Positions 27,647 through 37,768 of a DNA stretch of 64,000 nucleotides are shown in pieces. Under the pieces are notes generated by a model that saw nothing but the letters and a program-made list of their open reading frames with translations, was not told the origin of the DNA and did no database searches. Positions within the stretch are counted from its first letter, which is position 1, and each line of letters starts with the position of its first letter. Origin of the DNA: Thermoplasmatota archaeon. Lineage in GTDB: Archaea; Thermoplasmatota; Thermoplasmata; UBA10834. Where the stretch lies: NCBI GenBank assembly GCA_016930135.1, contig JAFGHM010000055.1:6335-70334 (forward strand), read 5' to 3'. A program made the translations under genes and the position numbers.

Positions 27647-30250
27647 ATGGTAACGACGAGTTGCGGCATGTGCTATGGCACATGCACGGTGAACGTGCGC
27701 GTCGAGGATGGGGTTGTTGTGGGCATCGAGGGAGTACCCGATTCCCCCCAGGGATACGGGAACATCTGCGCCAGGGGTCTATCGTCCATGATGATGCTCT
27801 ATGATCCTAGCAGACTGAACTACCCATTGCTGCGAACGAACCCGGAGAAAGGCATCGGCGTGGATCCTGGCTGGAAGCGGATCTCCTGGGATGAGGCGAT
27901 GGACCTTCTCACCTCCAAGCTGGGCGAATGCCTCAAGAGGGATCCGCGGGGGCTCTACACGGTCGGCAGCCCTACCTTCCCTGCAGAGAGAGCGTTCAAC
28001 ATCCTGTCCTTCAGGAAGGCCTTCGGCACACCCAACTACTACACAGGCGGAGGAGGGCTGCACTGTGGCAACGGGGCGCACATGATCGGCGGGATCTACC
28101 ACGCATCATGGTCAGTCATCCCTGACTTCAAGTACTGCAACCTAGCCGTCTACTGGGGTTGTTCCAAGGGGCACGGCGCTGGGCACGCGGCGAATGTCGC
28201 TTCTAAGCAAGCGGCCGACGCCAAGGCGAGGGGAATGCGGCTTATCGTATTCGATCCGTTCCTGAGCACTCAAGCATCTACTGCGGAGGAGTGGGTCCCG
28301 ATCAAGGCGGGTACCGACGCTGCCGCGGCGCTATCGATGGCTAACCTCCTTCTCAACGAGCATGGAGCGTTCGACAGAGAGTACATCAAGTGGAAGACGA
28401 ACGGGCCGTATCTTGTGGCACCGGATGGACTGTACCGTCGAGACAAGAAGTCAGGAGTCCCGCTCGTGTACAACACGCTCGACAAGAGAGTCGAGCCATT
28501 CAATTCGAAGAGTGTCAAGGACTGCGCCCTCGAAGGGGAGTTCGAGGTCGACGGTGCGAAGTGCACTCCGTCCTTCCAGCTGCTGAAGAACCACCTCAGG
28601 AAGTACACGCCCGAGCACGCCTCGGAGATCTGCGGAGTATCTGCCGGCACGCTGAGGAGGATCGCCAAGGAATTCGGAGAGGAGGCCAAGATCGGCAGCA
28701 GCATATCCATCGACGGCAAGACGCTCCCCTACAGGCCTGTCGCTTCGATCTACTTCCGAGGCTCCCAGGGGCACTACAACCAGGCATGGGACTGCATGTC
28801 CCTGGTCCTTCTGAACCACCTGGTCGGATCGGCGGATGTTCCAGGCGGGGCGCTAGCGTTCGGCCCCCCTGTGCACCTGGGCTATCCCGGCACTGGACGG
28901 CTGAAGTACTCCGTCGAGCCCGACAAGGACGGTCTGCTCGTCGCCAGGAACTGGCCATACGCGCATCTGCCGTACCCCCCATTGGAGCCCAAGGACCCTC
29001 CCGAGAGGCTGGACCTCCAGGACATGTTCTACATTCCAACGTACACGACAATAATGGGCTGGGACAACAACGAGGAGCTCTGGCAGAAGTTCAAGATACC
29101 GTACAGGCCAGATGTGATGATCAGCTTCGCGACCAACCAGATCATGTCCGTGGGGAACCCCAGGACCCTTATGAAGAACTTCCTGAAGAAGTTCAATTTC
29201 ATCGCATCATTCAACATCTACTCGACCGAGTTCGAGGAATCGGCGGCGGACCTCGTGTTGCCCGATGCGTGCTATCTCGAGAGATACGCCTGCGCGACGA
29301 CCTTCCCCACCGTGGGAGTCTCCTGTCATGCGACGGGGCTCGGCGAGTGGATATGGGCGATAAGGCAGCCTGTGATCGAGCCGATGTATGAGCGGAGGCC
29401 CATGATCGATGTGATCCTGGAGCTCTCGGAGCGGCTGGGACTGCGAGACCGGTACCTCGAGGCTGTCCGGGAATGGGTCGACCGAGCCTATGGCGGCGAT
29501 CTAGATTTCAAGAAATTCATCGGTCCGGACGAGAAGCTCAACTTCGAGAGGATACTGGACATAATCATGAAGGACAGGTTCGGTCCGGACAAGGGCCTGG
29601 AATACTTCAAGGAGCACGGATATCTGAAGTGGGACAAGCGTGTGGAGGAGGTCTACTGGAGGGCTTTCAACGACGTGAGAGTCCCGGTCTACCTCGAATG
29701 GATCATCAGGGCGGGGAGGAAGAGCAAAGCAGTTGCGGAGAAGTACGGAGTCCCTGACCTGGTGGACTGGAGCGCTCACACGGGCCTGCCCGACTGGCGG
29801 CCCTGTCCGACCCACACGGAGAAGAACCCTGAGTACGACCTCGAAGCGTTCTACTGGCGGTCGGCATTGCACACATACTCGATGACGATGCAGAACCCGT
29901 GGCTGAACGAGGTGTCTCAGAACGACCCGTACACATACACCATACAGCTGAACACCGAGACCGCGACCAGGAAAGGGATTAAGGAAGGCGACCTTGTCTG
30001 GCTGGAGAACCCAAAGGGCTCGAAGGCAAAAGGCAGGGTCCATGTGACCGACGGGATAAGGCCCGATCATGTGGCTATAGCGGCGAATGCCGGCCACTGG
30101 GGCAAGGGGCTGCCGATTGCGAAGGACAAAGGGGTCTTCTTCAACGAGCTCATCGAGATCGACAAAGAGCATACCTGCCCTGTGTCCCTCGGCCAAGATA
30201 TCTGTGTGAAGGTGAAGCTCTACAAGGACGGGGGTGCCCGCGGTGGTTAG
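27647..30250 (+). CDS. Molybdopterin (bis-PGD) oxidoreductase catalytic subunit, phenylacetyl-CoA:acceptor oxidoreductase PadB-like
   Basis: N-terminal CGMCYGTC...C Fe-S motif, RTNPEKG..VDPGWKRISWDEA, GGGLHCGNGAH (putative Cys ligand), WVPIKAGTDAA, ADLVLPD; no Tat signal. Confidence 0.9.
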   Translation: MVTTSCGMCYGTCTVNVRVEDGVVVGIEGVPDSPQGYGNICARGLSSMMMLYDPSRLNYPLLRTNPEKGIGVDPGWKRISWDEAMDLLTSKLGECLKRDPRGLYTVGSPTFPAERAFNILSFRKAFGTPNYYTGGGGLHCGNGAHMIGGIYHASWSVIPDFKYCNLAVYWGCSKGHGAGHAANVASKQAADAKARGMRLIVFDPFLSTQASTAEEWVPIKAGTDAAAALSMANLLLNEHGAFDREYIKWKTNGPYLVAPDGLYRRDKKSGVPLVYNTLDKRVEPFNSKSVKDCALEGEFEVDGAKCTPSFQLLKNHLRKYTPEHASEICGVSAGTLRRIAKEFGEEAKIGSSISIDGKTLPYRPVASIYFRGSQGHYNQAWDCMSLVLLNHLVGSADVPGGALAFGPPVHLGYPGTGRLKYSVEPDKDGLLVARNWPYAHLPYPPLEPKDPPERLDLQDMFYIPTYTTIMGWDNNEELWQKFKIPYRPDVMISFATNQIMSVGNPRTLMKNFLKKFNFIASFNIYSTEFEESAADLVLPDACYLERYACATTFPTVGVSCHATGLGEWIWAIRQPVIEPMYERRPMIDVILELSERLGLRDRYLEAVREWVDRAYGGDLDFKKFIGPDEKLNFERILDIIMKDRFGPDKGLEYFKEHGYLKWDKRVEEVYWRAFNDVRVPVYLEWIIRAGRKSKAVAEKYGVPDLVDWSAHTGLPDWRPCPTHTEKNPEYDLEAFYWRSALHTYSMTMQNPWLNEVSQNDPYTYTIQLNTETATRKGIKEGDLVWLENPKGSKAKGRVHVTDGIRPDHVAIAANAGHWGKGLPIAKDKGVFFNELIEIDKEHTCPVSLGQDICVKVKLYKDGGARGG

Positions 30251-30872
30251 ACTGGGCATGGTAATCGACCTGAAGAGATGCATCGGGTGCCACACCTGCA
30301 CGGTCGCGTGCAAGGCGGAACACCACACGCCTCCCGGGGTGTTCTGGGCAAAGGTCGTAAGGGTCGAGTCCGGCAAGTACCCGACCGTTATCCGACAGGC
30401 CGTGCCTCTACTGTGCATGCACTGCAAGGAGCCCGAATGCGAGAAGGTCTGTCCGACGGGCGCTACCAAGAAGAAGGCCGATGGGACGGTCACAGTCGAC
30501 TCTAAGCTGTGCGTCGGCTGCAGGTACTGCGCAGTGGCGTGCCCGTATGGCGCGAGGTACTTCACACCCGAATGGAAGGACTACTTCACGGGGGAAAAGA
30601 AGCCCTCCTCACAGTTCGCGGAGTATTCCAAGAAGAAGTGGCTCGAGGAGAGCGATAGGGGAGTCGTCAGCAAGTGCGACTTCTGCGAGGAAAGGGTCAA
30701 ACAAGGCAAGAACCCAGCATGCGTCGACGCGTGCCCCACCGAGGCCAGGACGTTCGGAGACCTGGACAATCCAGAATCTGAGGTGTCGCAACTCATCAAG
30801 ACGAGGCGTGGTATGCAGCTGCATCCTGAATACGGCACGGACCCCTGTGTGTACTATCTACCCGCGAGGTGA
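30243..30872 (+). CDS. 4Fe-4S dicluster electron-transfer subunit (DmsB/NrfC/PadC-like)
   Basis: IDLKRCIGCHTCTVACK, CMHCKEPECEKVCP, CVGCRYCAVACPY, KCDFC..PACVDACP. Confidence 0.95.
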   Translation: MVRLGMVIDLKRCIGCHTCTVACKAEHHTPPGVFWAKVVRVESGKYPTVIRQAVPLLCMHCKEPECEKVCPTGATKKKADGTVTVDSKLCVGCRYCAVACPYGARYFTPEWKDYFTGEKKPSSQFAEYSKKKWLEESDRGVVSKCDFCEERVKQGKNPACVDACPTEARTFGDLDNPESEVSQLIKTRRGMQLHPEYGTDPCVYYLPAR

Positions 30873-30879
30873 GAACCAC

Positions 30880-31845
30880 ATGTCACAATCTAGATCCTCA
30901 AGTCAAGGCGATATCTGCGCCATGCAGCAGGAGGACTTCAAGCCGGGCGCGCGCGCTCAGATGGAATGGGGGTTCGGCGGAAGAAGGAGATGGCGGGACG
31001 GCGCGCTTCTGATGGCCTTGTTCCTCGGAGGCATCGGCGCGGGCCAGTTCGTGGTCTCCACATGGCTGATCGATTCCGTCACGAGCGCGCTTGTAGGTCT
31101 CGTAGTGGTCGGCGTGGGCAAGACCGTAGCCCACCTGGTATATCTCGGCCAGCCGACGAGATTCTACAGGCTGTTCCTGAGGCCGAAGACCTCATGGATA
31201 AGCAGAGGACTCATATTCATGGTAGTGTTCGTCGCGTTCGGGGCGGCCTACCTGGCGCCGGACATCGGTTTCGCCTGGGTCCCATGGGAGACCGGGTCGA
31301 CCTTCTCCGATGCGCTGTTGGTCGGCGCAATCCTGAGCGCATTCCTAGTCATGGTTTACGACGGGTTCGTCCTGTTGACGTGCAAGTCGATCACCGCATG
31401 GAACACCGCGCTCATGCCTCCCCTGTTCTTCACATACGCTGTCGCCGGCGGGACGGCGATGACCTATCTGACGCTGATTGCGATGGGATCTGAGATCCCC
31501 AACCAGGACACGCTTACGACGATCGACTCAGTCCTGCTGGTCTCGATGTTCGCACTCCTTGTGATATACATCGTGAACATGACGACGTCGAATGCAACTG
31601 CTAGAGAGTCGCTCAGGAAGTTGACGACGACCAAGGTGGCCATTGCGTTCATCGGAGTCGCCATCGTCTTGGGCCTCCTCGTGCCCCTTAGCCTGACCTT
31701 GTATCATGAGGTCGCCTCCGCGGGAACTGTCGCTTCAGTTCTTCTTGCTCTGTCTTCCATTCTGGAGCTGTCCGGAGACCTGTCGGTCCGACATTCGATC
31801 CTGAGGGCCGGTCTGCATACTCCGGTCTTCTCAGAGGGTCTTTGA
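30880..31845 (+). CDS. NrfD/PsrC/DmsC-family membrane anchor (PadD-like)
   Basis: LFLGGIGAG, HLVYLGQPTRF.......TSWISRG; about 8 TM; GAGGTGA RBS before ATG 30880. Confidence 0.9.
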   Translation: MSQSRSSSQGDICAMQQEDFKPGARAQMEWGFGGRRRWRDGALLMALFLGGIGAGQFVVSTWLIDSVTSALVGLVVVGVGKTVAHLVYLGQPTRFYRLFLRPKTSWISRGLIFMVVFVAFGAAYLAPDIGFAWVPWETGSTFSDALLVGAILSAFLVMVYDGFVLLTCKSITAWNTALMPPLFFTYAVAGGTAMTYLTLIAMGSEIPNQDTLTTIDSVLLVSMFALLVIYIVNMTTSNATARESLRKLTTTKVAIAFIGVAIVLGLLVPLSLTLYHEVASAGTVASVLLALSSILELSGDLSVRHSILRAGLHTPVFSEGL

Positions 31846-31883
31846 ACGAGTACGGAGGGCCATACGCGACCGGCTGTGAGAAA

Positions 31884-32684
31884 ATGAAAGACGAGACCCG
31901 CCTCCTGGACATCCTTCGCATCAGCAAGACAGGAGCGGTGAAGGAACGCGACATAGTCGTCAGGGAGTCTCCAGCAACGATATTCCTCAACGACATCGCT
32001 CTTGTGACTCTGCAGTGCTCTCCGAAGGATCTCGAGTATCTTGCTGTCGGATTCCTGTTTGCGGAAGGGCTCATCAAGGGCAAGAAGGACATCAAGAGCG
32101 TGTTCGCGGACAAGAAGGACGGCGCGGTCTGGGTCGAGACAGTCGGAGGAAGGAAGCCTCGCGACGACATTCTTGCGAGGCGGCTCATCACAACCGGTTG
32201 CGGCAGAGGATGGTCACTCGCAGACTCCACGAAACTCAAGAAGGGATTGAAGGCAGCTGGTGATTTCGAGATTCAGAGCAGCCAGGTAGCATTGCTGATG
32301 AAGGAATTCCAGGAGATGTCGCGGGTATACAGAAAGACAGGAGGCGTCCACAGCGCTGGACTCGCGGACGCTCGCGGGATCGTCGCCTTCAACGAGGACA
32401 TCGGTAGACACAGCGCGATTGACAAGATACTCGGCGAGTGCGTCCTCAAATCCATCAAGACCAAAGGCCTCGTCTTGATGACGAGTGGCAGGGTGACGTC
32501 GGACCTCCTCGTCAAGGCTGCCAGAGCGAGGATACCAATCATCGTTTCGAGATCGGCTCCGACTGATCTGTCGGTCAGACTCGCGCGCGATCTCGGCATG
32601 ACCCTTGTCGGCTTCGCGAGAGGGCTGAGAATGAATGTCTATTCGAACGAATGGAGGATCGTAGCCCGCTCGTGCGTCAGATAG
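31884..32684 (+). CDS. fdhD: FdhD/FdsC sulfurtransferase (Mo-cofactor maturation)
   Basis: CSPKDLEYLAVGFLFAEG, TTGCG, KTGGVHSAG, EDIGRHSAIDK, SGRV, SRSAPT. Confidence 0.95.
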   Translation: MKDETRLLDILRISKTGAVKERDIVVRESPATIFLNDIALVTLQCSPKDLEYLAVGFLFAEGLIKGKKDIKSVFADKKDGAVWVETVGGRKPRDDILARRLITTGCGRGWSLADSTKLKKGLKAAGDFEIQSSQVALLMKEFQEMSRVYRKTGGVHSAGLADARGIVAFNEDIGRHSAIDKILGECVLKSIKTKGLVLMTSGRVTSDLLVKAARARIPIIVSRSAPTDLSVRLARDLGMTLVGFARGLRMNVYSNEWRIVARSCVR

Positions 32685-32929
32685 ACGGCCGAGTGCTCGC
32701 AGCCCCTCGCCCCGAGCAGAAGACCGAGGTCAAACCCCGAGACGAAAGCGCCACTCGCTTGAGGGGCCCCCAGGATTCATTAATCTCTATCGTGTGCTCG
32801 TTAGTCACGGTTGCCTTCAGTCGATTACCAGAGGCTCGGCGTCCGTTATGGGGTGCCTCGCGGACCGATCTGGACACCGAAGGCGCAGGTCCGGGGGAGA
32901 GTCGAGCACGGCACATCCAAGGCGGCCAC

Positions 32930-33883
32930 TCACGTTCTTGCCCGGCTATCCTCGGACATCACGCCATAAAGCTGGTCGGGCACTAGAATCTCCTTGGCTG
33001 CCCCTCTCGTCCTCAGCGCGCATCTGATTTCATAGCACATGTGACACGCGTCCGCGTACGCCCTCTTCGGCGTGACATGGAATCTCTTCGCCAGCTCCGC
33101 AGGCCCGCCTTCTATCAGCGGGCCTATTATCGGATGCTTCTCAGGGTTCAGATCCGACATGATCCTCTTCAACGGCTTCTCCCACGCATTGCCCACGGAT
33201 ATTCCTTGGCAGAACAGCACATTGCCGTAGGGGTCGATGTGGACTCTCCCGATCTTAGGGGGCTCCTCCGGGCAGGTATCGAAGGCCCGCCAAGGCCTCT
33301 TCTTGACCTTTCCAGCGAGTTCTGCAGCCGCTCTGCCCCTGAAGCACAGCTGCCCTTTCGACTCGTCTTTGGGTGCAGAGCATGAGAGCTGTTCGACGCT
33401 CTCGATCTCTATGAGACCCACAGGGATTCCAAGTCTCTGGGCGGCTCTCTTCGCCCTTCGGACCATCTTGTTCTCCTCGCCAGTGCCATGATAGGAATCC
33501 GTGCTCAGACTGAGGTCGGAGATTCCCAGCTCGGCCAGTGGTCTGAGCCAGAGGTCCGCCGCCCGATCGTCGGTGGCGAAGTATGCGTTGGTGACCACGC
33601 CCGCTTCGAGAGAGAGCCTCCTTGTAAGCTCGATCCCTCTGAGCATGAGAGGGTAGAACAGGAACGGTTCTCCTCCCTCGAAGTACACCCGCTCCACGGA
33701 AGGGATCTCATGTGCCTGCCTTATGATGTCTTCGAGCCGGGCAAGAGTCATCGTACCCTTCGAACTGGGGCTGCTCCAGACGAAGCAATGGTCGCATTCG
33801 TAGAGGCACTTGTAGGTGAGCAGGAGATGGACGCCGGATAGCCCGACAGCAGACATTCGACAGATCGAATAGCCGAACTTCAT
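32930..33883 (-). CDS. Radical SAM protein
   Basis: CLYECDHC (CxxxCxxC), FEGGEPFL, VVTNA, STDSYH; C-terminal Cys (C..., FCQG, CHMC). Confidence 0.92.
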   Translation of the reverse strand: MKFGYSICRMSAVGLSGVHLLLTYKCLYECDHCFVWSSPSSKGTMTLARLEDIIRQAHEIPSVERVYFEGGEPFLFYPLMLRGIELTRRLSLEAGVVTNAYFATDDRAADLWLRPLAELGISDLSLSTDSYHGTGEENKMVRRAKRAAQRLGIPVGLIEIESVEQLSCSAPKDESKGQLCFRGRAAAELAGKVKKRPWRAFDTCPEEPPKIGRVHIDPYGNVLFCQGISVGNAWEKPLKRIMSDLNPEKHPIIGPLIEGGPAELAKRFHVTPKRAYADACHMCYEIRCALRTRGAAKEILVPDQLYGVMSEDSRART

Positions 33884-34239
33884 GATAGTTTATTTGACCT
33901 TCGTTGGCAGGTTGGAGAAGATCACTGGGGAGGAAAGGCGGCTCTCCATTCCTTGCCGGTATGTACAGCATCCGGCCTTAGCTGCGGGTAGATACCGAAA
34001 CACTGTCCGAGTTACCTTTAATAGCTCAATTTCCTATCAGTTTCTGAAGGTAAGAGCTTTAATTACTACCAGATTCTAGACCTATATCCGAGCCCGGATG
34101 CGTTCAGACTCCATCCCGATGGCGCAATGCTTCCTTCTTGCGGAGCATCTTCTCCGTTAGAGTCTTGAGCGTTGCCTTGATGGGAGACACTATGCCATTC
34201 GCCTCCTCAAGCTCCTGTAAGCCAGATGGCGAGGATGGC

Positions 34240-35655
34240 CTACCAGAGAAGGACGCCCGCATATCTCAGCGCAAACACCGCGCCTATCGCGATTATCGCT
34301 GTGCCGAACCCAAGCTGCATCCAGCTCCCCGCGCCGACGTACTTCTTGCCTATGCTCCCCTTCAATACCCCAGTTGCCCCGCAGAAGGGCACGATGATGA
34401 CCCCGTGCCCGAGCCCGAAGACGAACATCATCGCCCCGCCCATCACCAGCGTGGACTGATGAGCGAGGACGAGCACGATCACGGGGAAGATGAGCGATAA
34501 CGCGCAGGGGGCCCACCCGACCGAGAACAGGACGCCGAGTAGGAACGCTGCTGCGTATCTCGACCTCAGGCCCAGCCGACGGATCAGGTCGTTCCCCAAC
34601 CGACCCAGTCTCCCCTTGGTCGGCACAGCACATGTGGGCCCGGTCTCGGTGTGTCTTCCATGGTCCCTCAACCAGAGGAGGAGTGTCGAGAGCGGTTTTA
34701 TCGAGTTGATGCCGAGGACTATCAGTATGATCCCCGCGATGAGGTAGAACATAGATGACATCTCGATGAACCCGCCGATGTATGATATCATGATGCCCAT
34801 CAACAGGAAGATAAGGGCCATGCCAATCGTGAACGCCAGCCCTATCATGACACCTCTGGTCATGTCCTCCGTCGGGCCCTCCTCAGGCGCTCGTTTGCTC
34901 CTCAGCGCACCGATGTAAGAGATCATCGCCATCAGCAGGGCGATGGAGCAGGGCGAGAAAGAGGTGACTGCGCCGAGGAGGAACATGCTTCCGAAGGTCA
35001 CCGCGGTGGAGGAACCGCCAGCGACGACATCGTAGTCCCAATCCCCGCTGAGGATGGCCCTCGAATCTGAGGCCAGCGTGCCCGCGGTGACGACGCCGTC
35101 GACCTCCCCTGTCCCGACGCAATACACGTTGTGCACCGCGGCGATCCTCTGCTCATGGTCTATCAGGATGATGGTTGGGTTGGCGAAGCCCCCTCTGAGC
35201 TCCCAGTAGCCTATGAACTGGCTCGCCGCCGGGAACGGCTCGAACTCCTCGACCCAGTACCACGATATGTTCAGTCCATAGTACTCCTCGGCAATCTCCC
35301 ACCCCGCCTCCGAATAGGAGTTCTTCCTCACATTGAGCGTGACGATGTCTATGGTGCTGTCTCCAGCTTGTGCGAGGCTGTTCAGCTCCGTGATCTGGGC
35401 AGTTATGTGCTGCTCGCACTCGATGCACAGCGGGTTCTCAATCTGCGTTACATGGAGGACTGTCACATGTCCGGAGAAGTCCAATAGCGAGAAGGTCCTC
35501 CCTAGGTAGTCGGTGGCCGTGAAGGGTTGAACCTCCTCCGGACCTGAGGCTGTGTCTTCCTGCATCCAGACAAGCACGGCCCCTATGACCATCAGCGCCG
35601 CTAGGACGGTCGCCACGACTCCATAGGTCCTCATCCTTTTTCGATTCATGCCCAT
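34240..35655 (-). CDS. ccdA: Thioredoxin-like domain fused to a CcdA/DsbD transmembrane domain
   Basis: N-terminal TM, Redoxin-like PFTATD..G..FSL.DF and CIEC; CcdA cysteines in FSPCSI and WAPCAL. Confidence 0.85.
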   Translation of the reverse strand: MGMNRKRMRTYGVVATVLAALMVIGAVLVWMQEDTASGPEEVQPFTATDYLGRTFSLLDFSGHVTVLHVTQIENPLCIECEQHITAQITELNSLAQAGDSTIDIVTLNVRKNSYSEAGWEIAEEYYGLNISWYWVEEFEPFPAASQFIGYWELRGGFANPTIILIDHEQRIAAVHNVYCVGTGEVDGVVTAGTLASDSRAILSGDWDYDVVAGGSSTAVTFGSMFLLGAVTSFSPCSIALLMAMISYIGALRSKRAPEEGPTEDMTRGVMIGLAFTIGMALIFLLMGIMISYIGGFIEMSSMFYLIAGIILIVLGINSIKPLSTLLLWLRDHGRHTETGPTCAVPTKGRLGRLGNDLIRRLGLRSRYAAAFLLGVLFSVGWAPCALSLIFPVIVLVLAHQSTLVMGGAMMFVFGLGHGVIIVPFCGATGVLKGSIGKKYVGAGSWMQLGFGTAIIAIGAVFALRYAGVLLW

Positions 35656-36632
35656 CAGTTCTCGTTCCAGTGGGATATGGCATCAGCGATCCAACCAGAG
35701 AGCGAACCCTGGTCGATTACTCCTTCCCAGCTGTGCCATCCGATGGCTGTTCCACCAGACGGGGACTGCACCTTCGTCAAGACGACGGTCAGCGGCACGT
35801 AGTGTACTGCGCCCGAAGGGTCGTAGGCGGCGAACGCCTCCGATGCGTCGGGCTCGTTCGCTCCCGAGGTGAGATAGAGGTAGTGTATGCCAGGATAGGA
35901 TGAGTAGACCGCCTCGCAAATCGAGGTCTGTTGTGTGCACGGCAGACATCCCTCGCTGCGGTCGAGAATCATCACCACTCCGCTCTCGACGGCGGAGAGC
36001 GCCCACTGAGGGTGTTGGACCGGGCTGCCGCCAGAAGGATGTGTGGGGGGATACACAATCCAGAAGTCGTCCACACCGGTGCCGACATCCCTCCTGACGG
36101 TGGGCGGGTAACCTGTTATGAATGACCAGGCGAAGACCGAGCAGTCCAGAGGTGAGCCGGCAGTGTCCCTCGCGTACTGACCTATCGTGACGGTGTAGTA
36201 TGTCTGATCCGCGAGTGGCGCGGATGGCGTGAATGTCATGGTTATGCCCGACCAGGCGAAGGATCCTGTCACCGCAGGCGCGATCTGGAACGACGATTCG
36301 ACGGAGGCGTGGTCCATAGGTCTGTTGAAGGTCACGGTCACCTGGCAGCTGATGGAGGCGCCGTATCCGCTCGGGGCGAACTCCACGACGCTCGGCAGAA
36401 CAGTGTAGTCCTCTCTTGGATAGAATGTGTAGGCGGTGATTGATGCGACGACGACTATCGCGGCCAGAGACACCGCGATCAGCATCTTCTTGGCGGAGGC
36501 TGTGAGCGCACCGCACTTGGTGCACCTTCTGGCTCCTGGCTGGAGCAACGATCCGCACTCTCGGCATTCCGTGTAGCCCTCGGAGATGAGTCGCTTCTTC
36601 TCCTGTTCCTGCTTCGTACGCCTCTTGGCCAG
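35655..36632 (-). CDS. Zinc ribbon - TM - Ig-like (Big_5) - thioredoxin-like CxxC protein
   Basis: CRECG..CTKCG ribbon (needs CTG start at 36632 after GGTGGG), TM, VTFNRPMD..SV..SF, GCLPC; TGATG overlap with the ccdA fusion. Confidence 0.8.
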   Translation of the reverse strand: MAKRRTKQEQEKKRLISEGYTECRECGSLLQPGARRCTKCGALTASAKKMLIAVSLAAIVVVASITAYTFYPREDYTVLPSVVEFAPSGYGASISCQVTVTFNRPMDHASVESSFQIAPAVTGSFAWSGITMTFTPSAPLADQTYYTVTIGQYARDTAGSPLDCSVFAWSFITGYPPTVRRDVGTGVDDFWIVYPPTHPSGGSPVQHPQWALSAVESGVVMILDRSEGCLPCTQQTSICEAVYSSYPGIHYLYLTSGANEPDASEAFAAYDPSGAVHYVPLTVVLTKVQSPSGGTAIGWHSWEGVIDQGSLSGWIADAISHWNEN

Positions 36633-37768
36633 AATCCCACCAGCTTGCAGTCATCATGGTTCGCGGGTATCTAACGCCCTGCATCCTGTCCCTGCTATCG
36701 AGCACATCTGTCGGTTCTTGACACGCCTTGCGTTACACCTTATCGACGAGCCCGCGCAGAGATACTTCGGATTGTTTTGAGACTGTAGCGTCCATATGAC
36801 TCTTTCGGTATTCTAGCATTCGCAGGGGGGTTTGGCGGAATCATGAGCGTGCTCGAGCGTATTGGCATACTGCTGTCAGCTGGAATCGACGGACTGATGG
36901 AATGCATCTCCACCTGTGCTAGATGGTGGTATGGCCCCCTTCTCGCTGACTCAGCTCTGTGATGTTCAGAATCGTTCCCGAGGAAGATACCCATAGGGGA
37001 TGAAAGGAGAAGGAAGAAGTCTGAATTCACAAGCTCTGATTAGCCAAGGTCATGCGGGAGGCCAGGGGAGATCGATGTAGACGTAGCCATCAATAGGCGG
37101 CAGATTGACCTTCAGACTGCGATGCGTGCTAGTGCGAATCACGCTCCTTTGGCGGTCTGCTCTCCGAAGCGCGCATTTGTCTCCTCAGGCTATGGTGAAG
37201 GACCAACGTGACTACGAGCAGCACAGCGACGTTTTCAGGGCAAGCATCGCAGCTAGAGTTGCCAGGCTGATTCTTTTCGTGCCAAGACCTCCCTTCCAAG
37301 CCAGGGCGAGATAAGGGAGAGACGAACATGACATCCTTTCTTCAAGATAGCAGGCAGACTTTCTGCGGGCTGGGTTCCGCGCCCACGTCCCTGCGTAACT
37401 GCAATCCGGTCAGTAGGAGACTGGGTTTACTGAGCAGACAACAACCAGAGCCTGACATCTCTCTCGAGGTATCTGGTCCGATTTCAATCAGAGCGTCGTG
37501 TATACCAGCGAAGTCCGTTCCGACCACTTGGACGAGATATGGGGCGATGAGGAGACGGACCTCGGGCCTCAGTTGTTTCGTACTAACAGGTATTGCCCTC
37601 AGCATTGGCCACAGTCCGGACCATTGCGCGCTATGATTCCATCAGATGGATTGGCGTTCAAGCTCTCCTCCGAAGACAAGACCTCTATGATGAAATGTTG
37701 CTAGTGGACAGTTCGATGCAGGCTATCTTCTTCTCAACTCTCCTGATCTTCACGAATCTCCTGGGCTA

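Noticed and set aside
28390-30565. Long alternative-frame and antisense ORFs (e.g. 28390-29391, 29501-30565; also 35683-36705, 42617-43603)
   Set aside because: Shadows of well-supported genes in GC-rich DNA, with Arg/Pro-rich composition and no recognisable motifs.
32870-32890. CACCGAAGGCGCA resembles part of a glycine riboswitch
   Set aside because: The GGAGA and CUCUCAGG elements are missing and the site is between convergent genes.
34100-34235. Possible winged-helix remnant (LQELEEANGIV...LTEK) on the minus strand
   Set aside because: Too short and lacking a start; not supportable without a search.
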